Part shown: piece by piece, positions 25,701-30,456 of the stretch
How the letters are laid out: each line of letters begins with the position of its first letter
Numbering within the stretch: the stretch's first letter is position 1
DNA from: a virus
Lineage: Duplodnaviria > Caudoviricetes
Virus record (IMG/VR): IMGVR_UViG_3300014208_000102
Location: 1 to 30,456 of that record
Length of the DNA: 30,456 nucleotides
Strand: one strand, 5' to 3'
Notes under the pieces: model-generated
What the model saw: the letters and a program-made list of their open reading frames with translations, nothing else
Database searches by the model: none
Told to the model about the DNA's origin: nothing
Program-made: the position numbers and the translations under genes

Positions 25701-26822
25701 ACAAAAATAGCGGCGACTGTTTTTGCCCCGGTAGCCATGACAACCCTTTGGAATATTTCAGACCCTAAACGGCTTGAGGCTTATAAAGATATCCCAGAGT
25801 ATGAAAAGAATATGAACCTGATATATATCCCTTCCAACCCGACAAAAGACGAAAAAGGCCGCTGGAATGTCATTAAATTTCCTCTCCCTTTTGGCGTTGG
25901 AGGGCTGGGGTATGCCATTAGAAAACCGATAGAACAAGCTTATAACATTGATAAATTCAAAGTGCTAGACATGGCAAATCAAATTATTTCTGCTGTTACG
26001 CCAGTTAATCCAGAACCGGGATCAATGATTTCTACCGTTCTTCCCCAAGCAATTAAGGGAGAAGTAGAATGGGCGGCAAATAAAGACTTGTTTACTGGTT
26101 TACCCATTGTTCCTGAAAAAATGAAAAATATCCCTCCTGTAGAACAAGTGCGCCCAGGAACGTCAGGGACTGCTAGGGCAATAGGAAGAGTTACCAACGC
26201 CTCTCCAATACAAATAGAGCATTATGTTAGGTCAAAGTTTGGTGGGTTAGGCTCTCAAGCTCTTCATGCCAGTGATGTAGTCGCCAATAAATTAGGCCTT
26301 TTGCCAAAAGAACAAATAGGCGGGGAAGCAATGGGGGAAGGGTTTGCTAGGCGATTTATTAAGGCAAGGGGGGGAGAGGCTGAAAGAAAAGTTGTTGAAG
26401 GGATTATGCCTGCGCTTGGAAAACAGGCAACGGCACAGTTACAAGCAAAACAACAGGCGGAATTGATGTGGCAAAAACTTAGCGATAAGACTGTTCCGCT
26501 GGTCGAAAGAAACAAACTCTTAGCTACTATCCCCCCAGAAAGTGATTTATATAAAAAAATATCTCAAATTGCTCAAGATGAAAGCAAAGGGATAACTTAT
26601 TCTGATCGATTGATAAAACAATTACAAGTAAGAAACGGAGCAAGGGCTAATTATATTATTAACCAAGCGGCCACTATGCCACGGCAAGAAGCCGAAAATT
26701 ATCTAAATGAGCTAATTAAAAAAGGGCTTATTAATGGGGCGGCATCAAACCAGATTAATCAACTTATCCCACAATTAAAAGAAAGAGAAAAAAAAGCCGG
26801 GAGAGAACTATGGGCAAAATAA
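22770..26822 (+). CDS. Large internal virion protein with C-terminal LPD38-like domain
   Basis: 1350 aa. SEELTRMTQF, ANFARRG, LYLNAGIQG, IPEYEK...KFPLPF...EWAANKDLFTGLPIVP...IEHYVRSKFGGLG. Confidence 0.78.
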   Translation: MAWVPPSLREKNQTEVVDVPVKSTGKWVPPSLRKDAIATTPTAKALPTETADPSFIDTAINAVKDVIRPVKKAYKTYLDVVSPAEKLGVDVGESMVQAAIDRSSFERFEKTLPESGGVTPFSTKKEFREANPLQKLSKMAQDPAMWLIAPPGMNAPVLLARAAKQVVSADVALTSAIAKAKAGQTLSEVEAKAFKTWQAGQAKVAKVAPKALPPRNEAAAYKEALANKVNRPVATLPALTPEVKKNVSGELPKLPAQKSVSPELPNAEIMNRLSVDDRTFIYKAEKDIKKALKLQKTAPLTADPLSGIKTKEDYQEYIKSVQTWINDFTKKRLKYSRPSGSLGIVPEGTTGIIPYGEPILSHKTVRRLSPDVPANKAMEDWSKEQQNILESWNQAQGKGSAKLGLTPLSAAERSSALKNLPGAAFGIEQEYDEHGRVKGYRYNVGKGLIGVAGAGAIRAGGGKFLGAISKDFNPQQYVLQNVAKQTAARATEKKGISFLADAKRKLVDFAAPIEDALGMAEAKYKFQVMPSKDVRLQIDRVLRSPTLAGQFAKDNGLEKVIKNVDNIDNLDQYLIAKHALKLSQKGIETGRNAAKDLALVEAFAPKYEPLAKEAKNYASKLLDYVTDSGLISKDLNKALKAEYPDYAPMNRIMTEIENVKNPGRSGIASVTSQSVVQKIKGSKLEVESPLASLLTKTDTAFNQAERNKAAQMITDYAKLPNNPFQLRRLAADEPIGNKATISVFKNGVKEVWETTPEIAEAAKNLNAQQMNIVLQTLALPTRIAKTGITGLYMPFTASNIIKDQGLTAVTSNRTLATSIANPVNFVKSLFSVLKHDELYDELVRAGAGGTSFDIARNQPHLTIDAIRANRNLPSKIKYVVRHPSELLRAVENIVGRSEELTRMTQFRGTRQALLKEGRTAQDATLLAAQAARENSANFARRGEWGQVLNATILYLNAGIQGSRSLVKALARDPKGTSTKIAATVFAPVAMTTLWNISDPKRLEAYKDIPEYEKNMNLIYIPSNPTKDEKGRWNVIKFPLPFGVGGLGYAIRKPIEQAYNIDKFKVLDMANQIISAVTPVNPEPGSMISTVLPQAIKGEVEWAANKDLFTGLPIVPEKMKNIPPVEQVRPGTSGTARAIGRVTNASPIQIEHYVRSKFGGLGSQALHASDVVANKLGLLPKEQIGGEAMGEGFARRFIKARGGEAERKVVEGIMPALGKQATAQLQAKQQAELMWQKLSDKTVPLVERNKLLATIPPESDLYKKISQIAQDESKGITYSDRLIKQLQVRNGARANYIINQAATMPRQEAENYLNELIKKGLINGAASNQINQLIPQLKEREKKAGRELWAK
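22775..22868 (+). repeat. 22-bp direct repeat ATGGGTTCCCCCTTCTTTAAGA encoding WVPPSLR twice
   Basis: Exact copies at 22775-22796 and 22847-22868. Confidence 0.9.
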
Positions 26823-27901
26823 CAACCCTACTATTACTCTTGCTCTTATCCTTTCCAGCCCTCGCGCTCCAACCTCTCCAGCGGCTCAACGTCGTCGACG
26901 ATCTCACGGCGACACTTCAGCGCAACTTCGAGAATCTGGAATACGAAAGAAAAAAAATATCCAAAAACATTGAATTCATTGAAAGAAATGCAATTCAGAT
27001 TAACAACCTTAAGCTCGCCACTAATCCAGCCAACACTCTGCAAATTACTGCTAAGTCATCAGGGAGTCTGCCGAATAACGCCAACCCTATTGAAATAGCT
27101 ATAAACGATGGGGCGGGAACTGTTTTAAGATCAAGAGTCAGCTCTTACAAAGGCGGCACCTCCTCCATAACTTTGGCTGATGGGGCTGGTTATTGGGGAC
27201 GGCCGAGTGCTAGCCCTCGTTACAACGCCTATCTATATGCCATTTGGGACGGATCAGGGATCGTTTGGGCATTGAGCATGAACTCTTTTTATCTTAATGT
27301 CGAACCGACGACTGACGCTACAGCCCTTAATTATTTTAAGATTGAAGACAATTCCACCTACATCAGAAATGCCGCCGATAATTGCGTTTGCGTCGGCATG
27401 ATCGAATATTCATATACTACAACAAACAATCCCGATCACAATATCGTTGTAAAAAAAATTCTCTACCGGCCGACTGATTTTGTCGTCAATCATCACAACG
27501 CAGTTCTTGGAACGACAATCGGCGGAACGCCCATTGCCGATCGAGCAATTTTAACCCAGCAGGTTTTGTGGACCGGCACTTATCAGATATTTGCCAACAT
27601 GAACTATTATTCAGTCGGGCCGTCGGTGACGATAACACTAGACATTAGGCGAGGCACAACATATGCCGGAGGCGCTGTTCTCATGCACTCCGAAGAGGGC
27701 TATTCTGGAGGAGAGAGGAGAAATATATTTAAGTCCCTATTTTATGATCTGGTGGCTGGCGATACGGTATATATGGGCGCTTCAGTCAGCAATGGGGCAG
27801 CCGGGCAAGCTTATATTTTTGGTAACAGCGACGCCAACGCAGAGACAGCGACGAGTTTTGCGATGATACTTTTAGATCGATATTATGGGCTTTGGTACTA
27901 A
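26810..27901 (+). CDS. Tail fibre / receptor-binding-like protein with Sec-type signal peptide
   Basis: MGKITTLLLLLLLSFPALA-LQ, short coiled coil (LQRNFENLE), beta-rich middle, C1q/TNF-like C-terminus (GTYQIFA...LVAGDTVYM...TSF). Confidence 0.6.
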   Translation: MGKITTLLLLLLLSFPALALQPLQRLNVVDDLTATLQRNFENLEYERKKISKNIEFIERNAIQINNLKLATNPANTLQITAKSSGSLPNNANPIEIAINDGAGTVLRSRVSSYKGGTSSITLADGAGYWGRPSASPRYNAYLYAIWDGSGIVWALSMNSFYLNVEPTTDATALNYFKIEDNSTYIRNAADNCVCVGMIEYSYTTTNNPDHNIVVKKILYRPTDFVVNHHNAVLGTTIGGTPIADRAILTQQVLWTGTYQIFANMNYYSVGPSVTITLDIRRGTTYAGGAVLMHSEEGYSGGERRNIFKSLFYDLVAGDTVYMGASVSNGAAGQAYIFGNSDANAETATSFAMILLDRYYGLWY

Positions 27902-27904
27902 TTT

Positions 27905-28171
27905 ATGAGAGACAATTTTTCGTCGAAAATTGGTCAGACGATAACGCTGGCGGTATTGTTGGCCGGCTTTTCGCTGGGGATTGTTTGGGCGATGATCGCA
28001 GTTGGCGGTCAGTCATTATATGTGGGAAAGACGGTTTACGCGGCCGACAAAGGCAACGCCGAAAAAGACCAAGAAAAAACAACCGAAATACTGATGGAAT
28101 TACGGCTGAACATGAAAATGTTAGTCAAAGACAACGGGAAAAAATGGCAAATCTGGAAGGAAGCAAAATGA
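27905..28171 (+). CDS. Single-TM membrane protein, holin-like
   Basis: ITLAVLLAGFSLGIVWAMIAV followed by a charged coiled coil. ATGA overlap with the peptidase gene. Confidence 0.6.
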   Translation: MRDNFSSKIGQTITLAVLLAGFSLGIVWAMIAVGGQSLYVGKTVYAADKGNAEKDQEKTTEILMELRLNMKMLVKDNGKKWQIWKEAK

Positions 28172-28557
28172 AAATTATCTGGCAATACGATCCTCAATAT
28201 AAAGGTTTGGCTTTTGGCCCCAACCACTTATCGTTCCAAAAATACGGGTGCTTACTGGCCTCTCTTGCCATGCGCTTAGAGATTGCTCCCGTGGAGTTGA
28301 TAAAAAAACTGGACGGTTGTTTTAACGATAATGGTCTTATTTGCGCAGCGGCGGCTAAAGTCTTGGGCTTGAAATACGAATACCAACCGGGCCGGGTCCC
28401 GGTCAAAAACTCCATCTGGGAAACCGATCACTTTAAGCATTTTGGTTATCCCCAGCATTTCGTGTTGGCTTTAGGAGCTTACCAGATAGCCGACCCTTAC
28501 GATGGCCGGATCAAGGGGAACCAATACCGGATAAGATCAACAAGGATATTCGCATGA
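28168..28557 (+). CDS. Peptidase C39-like protein, probable endolysin
   Basis: Start reassigned to ATG 28168. QYDPQY...YGCLLASLAM (catalytic Cys), QHFVLA (His), IADP (Asp). Confidence 0.78.
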   Translation: MKIIWQYDPQYKGLAFGPNHLSFQKYGCLLASLAMRLEIAPVELIKKLDGCFNDNGLICAAAAKVLGLKYEYQPGRVPVKNSIWETDHFKHFGYPQHFVLALGAYQIADPYDGRIKGNQYRIRSTRIFA

Positions 28558-28748
28558 GTTATTTAGAATTCTTATCGCACAGCCTTGAAGATTTTTACAA
28601 GCTCGATGAGGAAGGCAAAAGACACTGGCTTGAATTAAAGCAAACATATTGCGAAAGCATTGGAAATAAATGCTCGGAAAATTGCACAAATACGGCGTGT
28701 TATGGACACCCGCAGTATGCACTAAGCAACACTCCGATGATTAATTAA
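28554..28748 (+). CDS. Small Cys-containing hypothetical protein (64 aa)
   Basis: ATGA overlap. YCESIGNKCSENCTNTAC. Confidence 0.6.
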   Translation: MSYLEFLSHSLEDFYKLDEEGKRHWLELKQTYCESIGNKCSENCTNTACYGHPQYALSNTPMIN

Positions 28749-28759
28749 AGGGGGTAATT

Positions 28760-29368
28760 ATGTTAAGGATTTTAATGCTTTTGGTTTTGTTTTCGGCCCC
28801 GTGTTTTGCCGCTGGACAGTTGATCGACGACTTTGAGGCCGGACTGACCGGCCGTGGCTGGTGGGTCTTTGACGCCAAGTGCGAGATCGTGCCGGCGCCG
28901 TCCGGCGGCGAGAAGAACGGGACCAAAGCCCTACAGATCAGCGGCCCCGCGACCTCTTATTATGTGGGTGGTCTGGGTTGCTATCTGGCAAGGGAAAAAC
29001 AAGGCCTCTCCAAATATAAGGTCGTCCAGTTGGATATTTACGGCAACGGGCCGGGATCGGGGAGTCTGAAGATCGAACTAATCGATGATGACAATAAGGG
29101 CTGGGCGTGCGAGCAAAACGAAAAATACCAGCCGACCGCTGATGATCGTTTTACCAGCGAAATCAGGGTGGCCTGGCGGGGCTGGAAGCGGGTCTATTTG
29201 CCGCTCTCCAACTTCATTGACGATAATCCCTTAGTTGGGGATGATCTATGGAACCCAGCGCAGGAGAACGGCTCTGGCGGCCTTTTACAGATTCAGCTGA
29301 TAGCAATCGCCAGCCAGCCAAAGGGGAAGGTCAATCTTTATGTAGACAGCCTTCAGCTGGTGGAATGA
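28760..29368 (+). CDS. Secreted carbohydrate-binding (CBM11-like) protein
   Basis: Signal peptide MLRILMLLVLFSAPCFA-AG. LIDDFE, KALQI, LDIYGNG, GWKRVYLPLSNF, LYVDSLQL. Confidence 0.75.
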   Translation: MLRILMLLVLFSAPCFAAGQLIDDFEAGLTGRGWWVFDAKCEIVPAPSGGEKNGTKALQISGPATSYYVGGLGCYLAREKQGLSKYKVVQLDIYGNGPGSGSLKIELIDDDNKGWACEQNEKYQPTADDRFTSEIRVAWRGWKRVYLPLSNFIDDNPLVGDDLWNPAQENGSGGLLQIQLIAIASQPKGKVNLYVDSLQLVE

Positions 29369-29502
29369 TGATAAAGAATCCATTCGTTGATTACCAACTT
29401 TACGATTGGGCGGAGTTTTGGCGTGTTGTGGCTTGGTCCACAGTCACGGGGCTGGTCAGTTTTATTATTGGGTTTTATTTTGGCGTAGTGATAGGGAGGT
29501 GA
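29365..29502 (+). CDS. Small membrane protein (45 aa)
   Basis: Start reassigned to the ATGA overlap at 29365. TM segment VVAWSTVTGLVSFIIGFYFGVVI. Confidence 0.55.
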   Translation: MMIKNPFVDYQLYDWAEFWRVVAWSTVTGLVSFIIGFYFGVVIGR

Positions 29503-29507
29503 ACAAA

Positions 29508-29801
29508 ATGACAGCAGGAGCAGTTTTTAATTTTATCGTTGCAAACTGGAGCATGATTAAAGACGTGGCGATTTTGGCGGTAGCAGTCTCGGCTACGCTT
29601 TCCTCGTCCGGGCGTGGAGCGATCGCGGCCGTTTATGCAATCCTCAAGGACGCGCAGGCCTTAACCGACGAGCAGAAGCTGCAAAAAGCGTCCGATCTCA
29701 TGGGCAAAAAGTTCCCTTTCATTCCAGACGTCTTGAGGAAGGGGCTTATTCAGTATCTTTTCGACTCGTTGAAAAAGGCCATTAATCCCGAAAAAAAGTA
29801 G
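29508..29801 (+). CDS. Holin-like membrane protein (97 aa; LL-H-type architecture)
   Basis: GGAGGTG RBS before ATG 29508. FIVANWSMI...TM, then LTDEQKLQKASDLM...LIQYLFDSLK. Confidence 0.62.
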   Translation: MTAGAVFNFIVANWSMIKDVAILAVAVSATLSSSGRGAIAAVYAILKDAQALTDEQKLQKASDLMGKKFPFIPDVLRKGLIQYLFDSLKKAINPEKK

Positions 29802-29827
29802 AAGAGTTGGTCGACGAAGCGACCAGC
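29792..29827 (+). promoter_or_regulatory. -1 programmed ribosomal frameshift signal
   Basis: In-frame A_AAA_AAG (29792-29798) immediately before the stop, 7-nt spacer, stem GTTGGTCG (29806-29813)/CGACCAGC (29820-29827). The -1 frame stays open to TGA 29915-29917. Confidence 0.7.
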
Positions 29828-30103
29828 AAGTTCAAAACCGATCCCAAGATTGACTTTGAAACCAAGGTTAATATTGAGGGCTACGATAAATATAAAGACG
29901 CAACGCGTTCGCCTTGATCGGCAAACAAGGGAAATAGTCATAATATGCTAAAGCTACTGACGATTTTAAGGCGGCTAACCCAAATGATTTTTTTACGCAT
30001 GTTCATGTCCCCGGATATAAAGAATGGCTTACCAGCATGGAAGAAACGATTAGCGATGTGCATAACAAGCCGTAACATGTTACCTTGATATATCAATAAA
30101 AGG

Positions 30104-30370
30104 TCAATCTATCGATAAATCGTAATAGGCGGCCTGTTCTTCGCCAAACTTAATGGCATGGTGCAGGAAGACGTGTGAACTGGCGATATGGGCTTGTTTG
30201 GCTTTGATTACGGCGTAGTGGTTAGCGAGTGAAGAAGAGGGGAAAGAGTCAAGCTCGACATACTTAACCTTGTCCCCTCTTGTGATCGTCATGTCAACGT
30301 GGAATTTTAGCCTTCGGCTCTTTATTCTTTCAGCGTCCGGGAATACGGCTATTGACCGCATTAACATCAC
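30104..30370 (-). CDS. Hypothetical protein, weak resemblance to PD-(D/E)xK / DUF559-type nuclease core
   Basis: FHVDMTITRGDKVKYVELDS motif. GAGGGTG RBS. The start may be the ATG at 30361. Confidence 0.5.
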   Translation of the reverse strand: MMLMRSIAVFPDAERIKSRRLKFHVDMTITRGDKVKYVELDSFPSSSLANHYAVIKAKQAHIASSHVFLHHAIKFGEEQAAYYDLSID

Positions 30371-30375
30371 CCTCT

Positions 30376-30456
30376 TTAGAAAGTGTAAGTTGCCCCTACA
30401 TTCACGCCAAGAAAGTCGTTGGAATTGATATAAACCGGGATAACCTCAAACTGAAC
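30376..30456 (-). CDS. C-terminal fragment of a probable outer-membrane beta-barrel protein (partial)
   Basis: Reads VQFEVIPVYINSNDFLGVNVGATYTF-stop: an amphipathic last strand with terminal Y-x-F. Confidence 0.55.
   Translation of the reverse strand, partial: VQFEVIPVYINSNDFLGVNVGATYTF

Noticed and set aside
9363-26515. Numerous short alternative-frame and antisense ORFs inside late genes
   Set aside because: Fully nested in long motif-bearing genes, without RBS or recognisable motifs.
27892-28167. N-terminal 92 aa of track ORF 27892..28557
   Set aside because: Overlaps the TM gene 27905..28171. The peptidase motifs start at ATG 28168 with an ATGA overlap.
29248-29507. Upstream extensions of track ORFs 29248..29502 and 29406..29801
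   Set aside because: They overlap better-supported genes. Coupled or RBS-backed starts are at 29365 and 29508.
29945-30088. ORF MLKLLTILRRLTQMIF... read straight from ATG 29945
   Set aside because: Weak RBS and no motif. The overlapping frame carries the recognisable paralogous motif, so it is not listed as a gene, though it is not excluded.
1-30456. Window as a complete circular genome
   Set aside because: No terminal repeat is seen. The partial ORFs at the two edges are in different frames when joined, and the right one looks like the end of a longer protein.
1-30456. Stop-codon reassignment, tRNA genes, integrase
   Set aside because: Long genes are intact in code 11, with TAA, TAG and TGA all used as stops. 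No cloverleaf or recombinase motifs were recognised by eye.

Overview
This window is most of a compact tailed-phage (or prophage) genome with podovirus-like gene order, read in the standard genetic code. The left arm (1-5247, minus strand) is a translationally coupled early operon. It encodes an RHH-type regulator, several tiny ORFs, a 22x15-bp pentapeptide-repeat protein, an ERF annealing protein with an SSB-like tail, a 'QQGDV' His-rich protein paired with a DUF6745-like repeat protein, and a Mu Com-like zinc finger. A divergent promoter region and structured leader (5290-5570) precede a Zn-finger/Toprim primase and a DUF3987-like ATPase, which are followed by a clear origin (iterons, AT-rich tract, perfect DnaA box). 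The late operon (8617-29917) carries TerS, TerL, portal, scaffold, major capsid, decoration, adaptor, nozzle, three internal virion proteins (one LPD38-like), a fibre-like protein and a lysis region. No integrase, CI-type repressor, tRNA, CRISPR array or reverse transcriptase is visible. The most unusual signals are: (i) several virion-type genes start with Sec-like signal peptides, and a 31-aa membrane peptide sits inside the tail module; (ii) a textbook -1 frameshift cassette extends the last holin-like gene, followed by an orphan paralogous copy of that extension; (iii) the primase Toprim fold is split across two ORFs that a slippery site could rejoin; (iv) there are candidate RNA switches after the Com-like gene and before the primase. 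All family calls come from motif recognition by eye, not database searches.
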